Part shown: positions 1-9,052 of the stretch, piece by piece
How the letters are laid out: each line of letters opens with the position of its first letter
How positions within the stretch are numbered: position 1 is the stretch's first letter
Source: an uncultured Bacteroidota bacterium
GTDB taxonomy: Bacteria > Bacteroidota > Bacteroidia > Flavobacteriales > Flavobacteriaceae
Assembly (NCBI GenBank): GCA_902560045.1
Contig: CACEKJ010000004.1
Span: 12,224-76,223, forward strand
Direction: 5' to 3'
Length of the DNA stretch: 64,000 nt
Translations under genes and position numbers: made by a program
Notes under the pieces: model-generated
What the model was told of the DNA's origin: nothing
The model's input: only the letters and a program-made list of their open reading frames with translations
The model's database searches: none

Positions 1-79
1 TCATTAACTCGTCTGATGGTTTGTATTCAGATTTAGGACGCCTGTAGTTTAAAGAGTACGTTAATTTCTTTTTTGACAT
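1..79 (-). CDS. 5' fragment of an unidentified ORF that runs off the left window edge
   Basis: A minus-strand ATG at 79-77 is followed by 26 open codons (MSKKKLTYSLNYRRPKSEYKPSDELM...) to position 1. A TAnnTTTG-type box lies upstream on the same strand (111-104). The fragment is too short to assign a family. Confidence 0.25.
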   Translation of the reverse strand, partial: MSKKKLTYSLNYRRPKSEYKPSDELM

Positions 80-140
80 TTCTAAATTTTAAACAAAAAT
101 ACTAATAATTTGATTTGAAATAAAAATTTTAACAAAAATA

Positions 141-161
141 TTGTAACACATTTTGTAACAC
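141..161. promoter_or_regulatory. Tandem pair of the 9-mer TTGTAACAC (141-149 and 153-161, 12-bp register), candidate operator
   Basis: Read directly from the sequence. It lies immediately next to a minus-strand TAnnTTTG-type box (CAAAAATA on the plus strand, 133-140). It is part of a cluster of 4 perfect copies plus 1 near-perfect copy within about 780 bp. Confidence 0.35.
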
Positions 162-199
162 GGTGATAATTAATATATTAGCTTATTTATATGATTAAT

Positions 200-219
200 T
201 TATAACACTATTGTAACAC
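200..219. promoter_or_regulatory. Second tandem pair: TTATAACAC (200-208, one mismatch) plus TTGTAACAC (211-219), 11-bp register
   Basis: Read directly from the sequence. It lies 13 bp beyond the sdhC stop codon. Confidence 0.3.
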
Positions 220-231
220 TTTAAATATGTT

Positions 232-894
232 TTAATGAGTGAAATGATGGAAAATTGCAATAAAACAAAAACCCAATGGAATGCCAACACTATAAATCAC
301 ACTAAGATTCTTTACAGATGAAGCATAAGACTTATTTGCACCCATAGATTTTAAAGACGATGAAAAACCGTGAAGCAAATGAAGGGATAACAAAACAAAT
401 GAAATACAATAAAAAATAACTCTTCTAATATCTTCAAATTTGTGAACTAATTCTTCGTAATATCTATTAGGATCTTCAGGTTTGAACTCAATATATTTAT
501 AATTCATTTCTGGAAACCAAAAATCTATAAAATGTAATACTAAGAAGGAAAGTATAACTAAACCACTCCAAATCATATTTCGACTCATCCATGTAGAATT
601 TGCCCCACCCCTTTCTTTAAAATATTCATACTTGCTCGCTCTTCTGTTTTGAATCTCTAGGTAAAAACCCATTACAAAATGAAAAATTACACCCGCTATT
701 AAAACAGGTTGTAAAACAAATTGAACCAAAGGGTTTGTCCCCATAAAGTGAGATAGCATATTAAAAAGATCTTCACTAAATACTGATGTTATATTAATTA
801 AAAAATGCTGAAGAAGGAAAACCATAAGAAAAATGGCTGAAATTGCCATTGCAACTTTCTTTCCGATTGAGGTTGATATGAAATTCTGCATCAT
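232..894 (-). CDS. sdhC: Succinate dehydrogenase/fumarate reductase cytochrome b subunit (Bacteroidota b558 type)
   Basis: 220-aa polytopic membrane protein. Its N-terminus SIGKKVAMAISAIFLMVFLLQHFLIN, the FHFVMGF and HLLHGFSS histidine motifs and the C-terminal FHH are characteristic of flavobacterial SdhC. Confidence 0.85.
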   Translation of the reverse strand: MMQNFISTSIGKKVAMAISAIFLMVFLLQHFLINITSVFSEDLFNMLSHFMGTNPLVQFVLQPVLIAGVIFHFVMGFYLEIQNRRASKYEYFKERGGANSTWMSRNMIWSGLVILSFLVLHFIDFWFPEMNYKYIEFKPEDPNRYYEELVHKFEDIRRVIFYCISFVLLSLHLLHGFSSSLKSMGANKSYASSVKNLSVIYSVGIPLGFCFIAIFHHFTH

Positions 895-900
895 TATTTA

Positions 901-916
901 TTGTAACACAAAAATA
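901..916 (-). promoter_or_regulatory. Candidate sdhC promoter: -7 box TATTTTTG (916-909, minus) overlapping a fourth TTGTAACAC copy (901-909)
   Basis: The box matches the Bacteroidota sigma-A -7 consensus TAnnTTTG. A possible -33 TTG (939-937, minus) lies 20 nt upstream. The sdhC start codon is at 894. Confidence 0.35.
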
Positions 917-1000
917 AGCACGATTCGATTCATAGGCAAAAAATTAATACTTTAAATATCTTAATATTATCTTTGGTAATGATAAATCAAATTAGATTAA

Positions 1001-2293
1001 ATGAAGTATCATAAAATAGATTCAAAATTATTTGTAAAAAACAGAAAGAATTTCATGTCTCGAATGAAAAAAAATAGCATTGCTTTTTTTAATTCAAATG
1101 ATATTTATCCTGTTAGTGCTGACTCTACATTACCGTTCGAGCAACACAGAGATATTTTCTATTTGAGTGGTGTTGATCAAGAAGAAAGTGTTTTAATGTT
1201 ATGTCCTAATGCCTCAAATCCAAACCACAGAGAGGTTTTGTTTTTAAAAGAAACCGATGATCATATTGCGGTTTGGGAAGGGCCAAAACTAAACAAGCAA
1301 CAGGCTTATGAAACAAGTGGGGTTAAATCAGTTTATTGGCTTGATGAAATTGAGAAAATAATTGACGAAGTTGTAAATGAATGTGATACTATTTACTATA
1401 ACCATAACGAGCATTATCGGGCGAAAATCGAGATGGAAACAAGAGAGGAAAGGTTTAATAAATGGCTTGAAAACAAGTTTCCAAAAAAAATAAAAGAAAG
1501 GAGTAATCCAATTCTTCAGCATTTTAGGGCTGTAAAAGACCCTATTGAATTGGGACTCATCCAAAAAGCGTGCGACATTACAAATATGGGTTTTAGAAGA
1601 GTCTTAAACTTTGTAAATGATGGGGTGTGGGAGTATGAAATTGAGGCTGAATTTATACACGAGTTTTTAAGGAATCGATCTAAAAAATTTGCATATACTC
1701 CAATAATTGCATCTGGAAATAATGCTAATATTCTTCACTATATAGAGAATAACAAACAATGCAAAAACGGTGAGTTAATACTTATGGATGTAGGTGCAGA
1801 ATATGCAAATTATTCTAGTGACATGACCAGAACAATTCCTGTTTCGGGTCGTTATACAAAAAGACAAAAGGATATATACAATGCGGTTCTCAGGGTTAAA
1901 AATGATGCAACAAAAATGCTCATCCCGGGTGCAGATTGGAAAGAGTATCATATTGAGGTGGGAAAGTTAATGACCTCAGAATTGCTTGGGCTTGGTTTGT
2001 TAGATAAATCTGATATTCAAAATGAGTCAAAAGAAAAACCAGCATATAAAAAGTACTTTATGCATGGAACATCACATCATATGGGGCTTGACACGCATGA
2101 CTATGGCTTATTGGACGAGCCAATGGTTGAAAATATGGTTTTCACGGTTGAACCTGGAATCTATTTACCAGAGGAGGGATTCGGGGTTAGATTAGAAGAT
2201 GATGTGGTTGTTCAAAATAGCGGTGAACCGATTAATCTTATGAAAAACATCCCCATAGAAATTGAAGAAATTGAAGATTTAATGAATAATTAA
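1001..2293 (+). CDS. pepP: Xaa-Pro aminopeptidase (M24B family)
   Basis: 430 aa with an aminopeptidase-P N-terminal domain and a pita-bread catalytic domain. Metal-ligand motifs are LMDVGAEY..SDMTRT, HGTSHHMGLDTHD and VEPGIY..VRLEDD. Confidence 0.9.
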   Translation: MKYHKIDSKLFVKNRKNFMSRMKKNSIAFFNSNDIYPVSADSTLPFEQHRDIFYLSGVDQEESVLMLCPNASNPNHREVLFLKETDDHIAVWEGPKLNKQQAYETSGVKSVYWLDEIEKIIDEVVNECDTIYYNHNEHYRAKIEMETREERFNKWLENKFPKKIKERSNPILQHFRAVKDPIELGLIQKACDITNMGFRRVLNFVNDGVWEYEIEAEFIHEFLRNRSKKFAYTPIIASGNNANILHYIENNKQCKNGELILMDVGAEYANYSSDMTRTIPVSGRYTKRQKDIYNAVLRVKNDATKMLIPGADWKEYHIEVGKLMTSELLGLGLLDKSDIQNESKEKPAYKKYFMHGTSHHMGLDTHDYGLLDEPMVENMVFTVEPGIYLPEEGFGVRLEDDVVVQNSGEPINLMKNIPIEIEEIEDLMNN

Positions 2294-5200
2294 TTTCTTA
2301 GTTAATCTATCAGTTCCTGATTCTAATTCGACAATATAAATACCGGTAGCCATCCCAATTGTTGAGATTTTTTGTATCCCCATATTATTTTGTAGAGTAG
2401 TGGATAATACTTCTAAACCTAGAATGTTATATAAACGAAACTTGGTTTCATTTGGTTGAGTAGCTAATCCTTCAATAGTGATGTAGTTAGCGTCTATTTC
2501 CTTGTATGCATTCAACATACTAATTGATACTTCACCATTACTCATTGTGTCTGCAGTCATGTGTATGAAGAATCTTCCAACACCTTCTAAATCACTTGTA
2601 GGTGCGTAAACAAAATCAGACTCATAAAGATTTGTGAAGGTCCCTTCCTCAATATCTTCCAAATACAAATTTGGATCAGGAATTGTTGATGTATGAAGAT
2701 TAATTCTAAACTCCTGACCAGCAGATTGATTAATAACGAGTGGAACAACCACATTTTCCATGGCATCAAGCCCCATGGCATTAATTGCCATTCCATAACC
2801 TTCATCCTCCTCAACCAATCTAGTCATAATTGAAGCTGATTGAGAGTAACTTCCTGCATCCCACCCCGGATCTAGAGCTAGTGTAAGATCATTGCCAAAG
2901 TATAATTTGGTATTTCCAACAGCATTACCACCGTTATATATTCTTAACACAACCTCAGTATTTTCCATATTGTCACCAGAGATAAAATCATCTCCTGTTG
3001 AAGTTGTTTGCATTTCTTCTTTGAATGTAATATTGGCAGCTGTTGTACTTCTTGCGGCAACAAAGAATCCTTGACCAGGTGCTATTTTTGATGACGAAGT
3101 GTTATTATAAATAGTATAATCAGATCCATTTGAATTATCAGCATCATAGCCATATACACCAACATATGAAGCGTCAATTACGTCGTCATTAACTTGTAAA
3201 AATGTATTTGAAGTGGAATTAGGCCCAATTGTAATAAATGATGGATAGGGATTTGATATTAAATTCCAACGGCGCCCTGATTCGTCAGTAAAACTTTCAA
3301 TGGCAATTGTTTCTGTTGCATCTGTGTCAATCGTTCCTGTAAATGCCATTGTTGCACCACTGTCCGTAGCCATTTGATAACCTTTTCCAGGCGTGAACTG
3401 GGTTGTACTTACGTTTGATGTAGTATAGTTAGCCCATGTGTTGTTACTAGGATCATATGTTCCAATTGCATACTCACCAACATCTCCTGCGCCACTACCA
3501 TTTCCAGTTGCTAAAGGAGAATCATTGGTAGTCGCAAAAGAACTGATTTGTAATCCATTAACAGGCGAACCAATTAAATCCCAGCCTGTACCTCCACTTA
3601 ATGAGTTTACATATCTGTTATATGTAATATTTCCCGATGAGGTTCCCTGAACAATTATTGAAGAAAATTCATTACTATCTGAATTTAAAGTTACCGTTCC
3701 TCTATTAGTAAAGTTTCCAGCAACAGTAAGATCATAACCCTTGTTTATTGTCAATGTCGCAGAAGTATTTACAGTGATGTTTTTTGATGACGCACCGGTA
3801 TTTGAAATTTCAGGGTAGCGAGTTGCACCCGTAGGAATAATAACATGCACATCAGATGTAGGTACGTATCCAGTTGACCAATTTGATGCAGTATTCCAAT
3901 CAGTTGTAGCTGCTGTTTTTTTCCATATGGTTGTATGAAATTTTGGAGTCCAATTAATTCCTGTTGTCCAAGATTCACCAACCTCAAATGCACCAATATC
4001 TGCACCTGAACCTGCATTTGTATGTGGAATAAGTTCATCCATCTGTCTGGAACTTCCTGTAATTGGTGTATAATTGAAATTCGATGAAGGCCCATAGGTG
4101 GCGGAGCCTGTCGGGGTACTTGATAGAGTAACTCCTTGATCAATAATCGTGTTACTTGTAGGATGATAATCAGATTCAGATTTGCCATCCGATGAATCAT
4201 AATTTATTAAACTCTCAACATCTGCATTGTAAGTTACCCCTGTCCTTGAAATATTTATTTGATCTATGTTGTTTTGTGCACTTCCTACTCCTGCTGTTGC
4301 ATTATAATAAGTGTCACCGTCTACACATGCCCTCCAAAAATCATCATCGGTATCCTCGGGTGTACTGTTCTCATCTTTCAAATATCCATAATTTGAACCA
4401 CCATTATTTCCAGCTATTGGCATGGGGCTATTTGCCGAAAGTGAAAATGTTGTAGCACTTCTGTGAGCCCCTATTTTTTCAGCAAGATTGTTAAACAGCC
4501 AAGTATTTGTATTCGAACAATCTTCAGAAAGAATGACAATATCATTTTTATTATTTTGAGTATTAATAATTGTGTTATGAGCAATAATTTGATTATTGCC
4601 TTTTATCATTAAACCGTTGGTATTGTCAGCAATATTGTGATGCATGATCCCATAACTTCCAGCTGACGAAGCATCACCTCCAGGCGCGTCATATCTGAAG
4701 GCATATTTTTCGGTATCATAGACATAATTATGGTGAACAACAGAACCAGAAACATTAGCTGATGTACCTTGAAATACTGCTCCATCAGATTGTAAAAGAC
4801 CAGTATTTGTAATATTATTGTAACTAAATATAGATCTTTCACCAGGTAGAACTGTAGCAGAAGCTCCGGTAGTATGAATTGAATTATTGTCAAAAATATT
4901 ATCATCACCAGTGCATAATATAGATACCATCAATGATTCAAGATCGGAAACACTCCAATCAATATGATGAAAATAATTATTCTCTATTGTATTGTTATCA
5001 CCCTTGATTCTTAAAGCTTCTCCTTCAGAATATTCAAATAAACATTTTAATATATGATTGTTATCAGCATTTCCTTCAAGTTCTGTAACATTTGGGGTAC
5101 CTACTCCGTTAGTTGTTCCTAACATTCTCTTTGAAGCACTAGGAAAATAAAAATTACATTCTTCTATAATATTGTTATCAGAATTACCGGACATTAAAAA

Positions 5201-6091
5201 AGTCGTAGCAAAAAAGTTAATCCCCTTTAATTTAACATAATTTGCAGCACTGAAAGTCACTCCGTAATCTGTTGTTTTTGCTTTAATTGACCTATTTGAA
5301 GGATCAGATCCATCATCAGGGAAAAGGTATAATATATTATTTGTTTTATCGTGAAACCACTCATTATTGGTATCAATAAATTCTTTTTTTCCCTCAAAAA
5401 AATAATAATGATGCTTTGTTTTATAGTTTCCAGTAAGATCTGATGAATTATAAGTTATAACATCACTAACTAAATTATGATTACTAATTTCCACGGTCGA
5501 AGTTTTAAATGAACCAATATTTAAAATTCCAATAGAACCACCTAAATCAATTGATCCTGGGTCGTGAACGCTGGTGTCGATTGTTAATGATCCATTTGAG
5601 CTGCTACCTTCTATTCCCTCAGCCCATGTTGAATGAGAAAATATAGAATCATCGTTAAACTGAGCATTTGGCCACCTTGCATTCACCATTAGTTGATCAT
5701 CAACAAAAAGTTGTGTAATATCTCCGGTGTAAGACAATTGATAAGCACCAGAAACATCATTATAAGTGCTCCAAGTTCCAGTCACATCAACTGTACCATC
5801 AATCGTAACCACCTCATTGTTATAATTTTGAATGGTAATTAAATTTCCTGAAGACCCGTCTTCATCAATAGTGATAGTTTCACGATAAGTACCTTCTCTT
5901 ACATATAAAATGTCACCAGCTGTTAACTGATCAATTGCATGCGCTAATGTTTCGAAAGGAGCTGCTAATGATGTTCCTGCATTACTGTTACTACCACCCG
6001 AAGCAGAAGGTGCAACATAATAAGTTGTTTGCGAAAAAAACTGAACAAACGAAAAAATTAAAATATATGTAAGCAGAAAGTTTTTTTTCAT
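2279..6091 (-). CDS. Large secreted right-handed beta-helix (pectin-lyase-fold) protein with a type-A T9SS C-terminal sorting domain
   Basis: The signal peptide MKKNFLLTYILIFSFVQFFSQ begins at the internal ATG 6091, so the track start at 6115 would overlap thiL. Repeated N/G-rich 'NN.I..N' beta-helix turns occur around residues 290-560. The C-terminal ~80 aa (FRLYNILGLEVLS...GIYIVELESGTDRLTKKLIIH) match the Por/T9SS CTD pattern. Confidence 0.8.
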   Translation of the reverse strand: MKKNFLLTYILIFSFVQFFSQTTYYVAPSASGGSNSNAGTSLAAPFETLAHAIDQLTAGDILYVREGTYRETITIDEDGSSGNLITIQNYNNEVVTIDGTVDVTGTWSTYNDVSGAYQLSYTGDITQLFVDDQLMVNARWPNAQFNDDSIFSHSTWAEGIEGSSSNGSLTIDTSVHDPGSIDLGGSIGILNIGSFKTSTVEISNHNLVSDVITYNSSDLTGNYKTKHHYYFFEGKKEFIDTNNEWFHDKTNNILYLFPDDGSDPSNRSIKAKTTDYGVTFSAANYVKLKGINFFATTFLMSGNSDNNIIEECNFYFPSASKRMLGTTNGVGTPNVTELEGNADNNHILKCLFEYSEGEALRIKGDNNTIENNYFHHIDWSVSDLESLMVSILCTGDDNIFDNNSIHTTGASATVLPGERSIFSYNNITNTGLLQSDGAVFQGTSANVSGSVVHHNYVYDTEKYAFRYDAPGGDASSAGSYGIMHHNIADNTNGLMIKGNNQIIAHNTIINTQNNKNDIVILSEDCSNTNTWLFNNLAEKIGAHRSATTFSLSANSPMPIAGNNGGSNYGYLKDENSTPEDTDDDFWRACVDGDTYYNATAGVGSAQNNIDQINISRTGVTYNADVESLINYDSSDGKSESDYHPTSNTIIDQGVTLSSTPTGSATYGPSSNFNYTPITGSSRQMDELIPHTNAGSGADIGAFEVGESWTTGINWTPKFHTTIWKKTAATTDWNTASNWSTGYVPTSDVHVIIPTGATRYPEISNTGASSKNITVNTSATLTINKGYDLTVAGNFTNRGTVTLNSDSNEFSSIIVQGTSSGNITYNRYVNSLSGGTGWDLIGSPVNGLQISSFATTNDSPLATGNGSGAGDVGEYAIGTYDPSNNTWANYTTSNVSTTQFTPGKGYQMATDSGATMAFTGTIDTDATETIAIESFTDESGRRWNLISNPYPSFITIGPNSTSNTFLQVNDDVIDASYVGVYGYDADNSNGSDYTIYNNTSSSKIAPGQGFFVAARSTTAANITFKEEMQTTSTGDDFISGDNMENTEVVLRIYNGGNAVGNTKLYFGNDLTLALDPGWDAGSYSQSASIMTRLVEEDEGYGMAINAMGLDAMENVVVPLVINQSAGQEFRINLHTSTIPDPNLYLEDIEEGTFTNLYESDFVYAPTSDLEGVGRFFIHMTADTMSNGEVSISMLNAYKEIDANYITIEGLATQPNETKFRLYNILGLEVLSTTLQNNMGIQKISTIGMATGIYIVELESGTDRLTKKLIIH

Positions 6092-6093
6092 AG

Positions 6094-7140
6094 CTAATTT
6101 TCTTTGGAGCCCCAACCTCTAGATTTTAATTCAACAACTGAATCATTTCTCAATACCAAGTTAGTTCCTGCATTTTCTTCTTTAATATATCCAATCACTG
6201 TAAAGTTTGGATTACCCTTAATTTTGTCATAATCCTTCTGTGAAATAGTCATTAAAAGCTCATAATCCTCCCCTCCGTTAAGCGCTAATGTTGTAACATT
6301 CAACTTAAATTCTTCACATGTGGAAATTAATTGTGGATCTAACGGTATTTTATTTTCGTACAAATCACAACCTACTTTACTCTGCTTACAAATATGTAAA
6401 AGTTCCGAAGAAAGACCATCGCTTACATCTATCATAGATGTTGGTTTAACTTTTAAATCTTCCAATAGTCTAACTACATCTTTTCTGGCTTCAGGTTTTA
6501 ATTGTCTTTCTATCAAATAAGTGTACTGATCTAAATCTGGTTGATTTTTGGGATTAACCTTAAATACTTCCTTCTCTCTTTCTAAAACTTTCAAGCCCAT
6601 AAACGCAGAACCCAAGTCACCAGAAACAACAATTAAGTCATTTGGTTTTGCCCCGTTTCTGTAAACAATATCTTTTAAATTAGCCTCCCCAATTGCGGTT
6701 ACTGAAATTGTTAAACCTGTAACAGAAGATGTTGTATCTCCACCAACGAAATCAACATCATATTTTTCACAAGCCAAAGTAATTCCAGTGTACAATTCCT
6801 CCATAGCCTCTTGAGTAAATCTATTTGAAATTGCAATAGATACGGTTATGTGCTTTGCAATCCCATTCATTGCATAAATATCAGATAAATTAACCATGAC
6901 CGACTTGTAGCCAAGATGTTTTAAAGGCATGTAAGAAAGGTCAAAGTGAACTCCTTCAACTAAGAAGTCTGTTGAAACAAGGACTTTTTTTGATTTGTAA
7001 TCCAAAACAGCAGCGTCATCGCCTATTGATTTAATGGTTGACTTGTGTTTAATTTTTAAATCCTTGGTTAAAAGATCAATCAGGTTAAATTCTCCTAAAT
7101 CCTCTAATTTTGTTAGGTTTTTATTTTTGTTTTCTAACAT
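6094..7140 (-). CDS. thiL: Thiamine-monophosphate kinase
   Basis: 348 aa with the AIR-synthase-related fold. It carries the motifs IGDDAAVL, DFLVEGVHF and GGDTT. Confidence 0.85.
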   Translation of the reverse strand: MLENKNKNLTKLEDLGEFNLIDLLTKDLKIKHKSTIKSIGDDAAVLDYKSKKVLVSTDFLVEGVHFDLSYMPLKHLGYKSVMVNLSDIYAMNGIAKHITVSIAISNRFTQEAMEELYTGITLACEKYDVDFVGGDTTSSVTGLTISVTAIGEANLKDIVYRNGAKPNDLIVVSGDLGSAFMGLKVLEREKEVFKVNPKNQPDLDQYTYLIERQLKPEARKDVVRLLEDLKVKPTSMIDVSDGLSSELLHICKQSKVGCDLYENKIPLDPQLISTCEEFKLNVTTLALNGGEDYELLMTISQKDYDKIKGNPNFTVIGYIKEENAGTNLVLRNDSVVELKSRGWGSKEN

Positions 7141-7228
7141 GAGTGCAAATTTACATTCTTTTCGTTAAAACTATGTTAATCAAATCAGGAATATTGTCAT
7201 TTTTAATAAAAAAAATGTGGTTATGTTG

Positions 7229-7236
7229 TATATTTG
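7229..7236 (+). promoter_or_regulatory. Candidate -7 box (TATATTTG) for the SUF operon
   Basis: Matches TAnnTTTG and lies 23 nt upstream of the GTG at 7259. There is no clear -33 TTG at the usual spacing. Confidence 0.3.
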
Positions 7237-7258
7237 TTGTTCGATTAAATTTAGTGGA

Positions 7259-7588
7259 GTGATTAGTATTTCAGAAGTTGCAAAAAATAAGGTGATTGAG
7301 TTGATGAAAGACGATGGTTTTAACTATTCATCTGACTTTGTTCGAGTTGGTGTTAAAAGTGGTGGTTGTTCTGGTCTTTCATATGAGATGAAATTTGACA
7401 ATCAACTTGAAGAAAACGATAAAATTTTTGAGGATAATGACATTAAAATTGTAGTCGATAAAAAGAGTTTATTGTATCTAGCTGGTACTACTTTAGAGTA
7501 TTCAGGCGGATTAAATGGCAAGGGGTTTGTATTTAGCAACCCGAATGCAAATAGGACCTGTGGATGTGGAGAAAGTTTTTCATTATAA
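7259..7588 (+). CDS. HesB/IscA-family iron-sulfur cluster insertion (A-type carrier) protein
   Basis: C-terminal CGCGESFS motif plus an internal GGCSG. I place the start at GTG 7259 (MISISEVAKNKVIEL), the usual family N-terminus. The track start at 7217 adds a hydrophobic MVMLYICCSIKFSG extension that overlaps the -7 box. Confidence 0.85.
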   Translation: MISISEVAKNKVIELMKDDGFNYSSDFVRVGVKSGGCSGLSYEMKFDNQLEENDKIFEDNDIKIVVDKKSLLYLAGTTLEYSGGLNGKGFVFSNPNANRTCGCGESFSL

Positions 7589-7594
7589 AAAATT

Positions 7595-9043
7595 ATGAGT
7601 AAGTATACAGAAGATGATTTAAAAAAGGAATTAGAAACTAAAGAATATGAGTATGGTTTCTATACAGACATTGAGTCTGACACACTTCCTGTAGGTCTAA
7701 ACGAAGATATTATTGTGGCTATTTCTAAGAAAAAAGAAGAACCAGATTGGATGACGGAATGGAGATTGGATGCATTTAAAAAATGGAAAGAGATGAAGGA
7801 GCCTGAATGGGCAAATGTTAAATATGAAAAGCCTGATCTTCAAAAAATTTCTTATTATTCAGCTCCATCTAACAAACCAAAATACAACAGCTTAGACGAA
7901 GTTGATCCAGAATTACTGGAAACCTTTAAAAAGTTGGGTATTTCTGTGGATGAACAGAAAAAACTTGCAGGGGTAGCAGTTGATGTTGTAATTGACTCTG
8001 TTTCTGTTGCTACATCTTTTAAAGACACATTAAGTGAAAAAGGGATTATTTTTTGCTCAATGAATGAAGCAATCAAAAAACATCCTGAACTGGTAAAAAA
8101 ATACCTCGGCACTGTAATACCTAAAACTGATAATTATTATGCAGCATTAAATTCTGCTGTTTTCAGTGATGGATCTTTTTGTTACATACCAAAAGGGGTA
8201 AAATGTCCAATGGAATTATCAACTTACTTCAGAATTAATGAAGCTGGAACAGGTCAATTTGAAAGAACACTGGTTGTTGCTGATAAAGGAAGTTATGTAA
8301 GCTATTTAGAAGGTTGTTCCGCTCCAAGCAGAGATGAAAACCAATTACATGCAGCTGTTGTTGAACTTATTGCTCTTGACGATGCTGAAATAAAATACAG
8401 TACTGTTCAAAACTGGTTTCCCGGAGATAGTGAGGGTAATGGTGGTGTATTCAATTTTGTAACAAAAAGAGGATTATGTGAAAACAATGCAAAAATTTCT
8501 TGGACACAAGTTGAAACCGGAAGTGCAGTAACATGGAAATATCCTTCGTGTGTTCTTAAGGGTAAGAACTCAATTGGAGAATTTTATTCAATTGCAGTTA
8601 CTAATAATTTTCAACAAGCAGACACGGGTACTAAAATGATCCACATCGGAGAAAATACTAAGTCAACAATAATTTCAAAAGGTATATCAGCTGGTAAATC
8701 ACAAAACAGTTATAGAGGACTTGTAAAAATAAACCCTAGAGCTAAAAACTCAAGAAATTTTTCACAGTGTGATAGTCTTTTAATTGGAAATGAATGTGGT
8801 GCACACACATTTCCATACATTGAAACAAAAAATAAATCTGCAAAAATAGAGCACGAAGCAACAACCAGTAAAATTGGAGAAGATCAAATATTTTATTGTA
8901 ATCAAAGAGGAATTGATACAGAAAAAGCCATAGCACTTATAGTTAACGGATTTAGTAAAGAGGTTCTTAATAAACTCCCGATGGAGTTTGCAGTGGAAGC
9001 ACAAAAATTATTAGAAATAAGTCTTGAAGGCTCAGTAGGATAA
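7595..9043 (+). CDS. sufB: Fe-S cluster assembly scaffold protein SufB
   Basis: 482 aa with typical SufB blocks ([44 protein letters not shown]). First large gene of the sufBCDS array. Confidence 0.95.
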   Translation: MSKYTEDDLKKELETKEYEYGFYTDIESDTLPVGLNEDIIVAISKKKEEPDWMTEWRLDAFKKWKEMKEPEWANVKYEKPDLQKISYYSAPSNKPKYNSLDEVDPELLETFKKLGISVDEQKKLAGVAVDVVIDSVSVATSFKDTLSEKGIIFCSMNEAIKKHPELVKKYLGTVIPKTDNYYAALNSAVFSDGSFCYIPKGVKCPMELSTYFRINEAGTGQFERTLVVADKGSYVSYLEGCSAPSRDENQLHAAVVELIALDDAEIKYSTVQNWFPGDSEGNGGVFNFVTKRGLCENNAKISWTQVETGSAVTWKYPSCVLKGKNSIGEFYSIAVTNNFQQADTGTKMIHIGENTKSTIISKGISAGKSQNSYRGLVKINPRAKNSRNFSQCDSLLIGNECGAHTFPYIETKNKSAKIEHEATTSKIGEDQIFYCNQRGIDTEKAIALIVNGFSKEVLNKLPMEFAVEAQKLLEISLEGSVG

Positions 9044-9052
9044 AAATATATT

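Noticed and set aside
1328-1564. 78-aa minus-strand ORF inside pepP. The same class includes 2892-3074, 3438-3650, 4192-4455, 6320-6520, 7855-8112, 8742-9093 (three ORFs), 9726-9983, 15291-15638, 17558-17782, 19281-19475, 22322-22507, 23071-23397, 25093-25374, 25938-26186, 29276-29503, 33530-33730, 34804-35412, 37915-38130, 40123-40575, 41554-41865, 47358-47549, 52055-52390, 53205-53450, 55341-55535, 57732-57950, 60242-60463, 62317-62517 and 63726-63998.
   Set aside because: All lie antisense to long ORFs with unmistakable family motifs. They have low-complexity, Leu/Phe/Ile/Ser-rich translations typical of the reverse strand of AT-rich coding DNA, and none shows a recognisable motif.
2587-4908. 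Same-strand alternative-frame ORFs inside the beta-helix gene (2587-2814, 3769-4200, 4609-4908). Similar cases lie inside other genes: 10670-10852, 13518-13775, 14115-14303, 14322-14519, 21774-21959, 24258-24470, 35797-35994, 49170-49364 and 58138-58374.
   Set aside because: These are frame-shifted shadows of the real CDS. The main frame is uninterrupted and carries the domain signatures, so there is no evidence for frameshifting or nested genes.
6092-6115. Upstream start (6115) for the beta-helix protein, and TTG 11114 for sufS
   Set aside because: Both would overlap the preceding gene (thiL, sufD). The internal ATGs (6091 and 11126) give a proper signal peptide and the usual SufS N-terminus respectively.
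7217-7258. N-terminal extension of the IscA-like protein (track start GTG 7217, MVMLYICCSIKFSG…)
   Set aside because: The extension is hydrophobic and Cys-rich, is not part of the A-type carrier family N-terminus, and overlaps a TAnnTTTG -7 box (7229-7236). GTG 7259 gives the canonical MISISEVAK… start.
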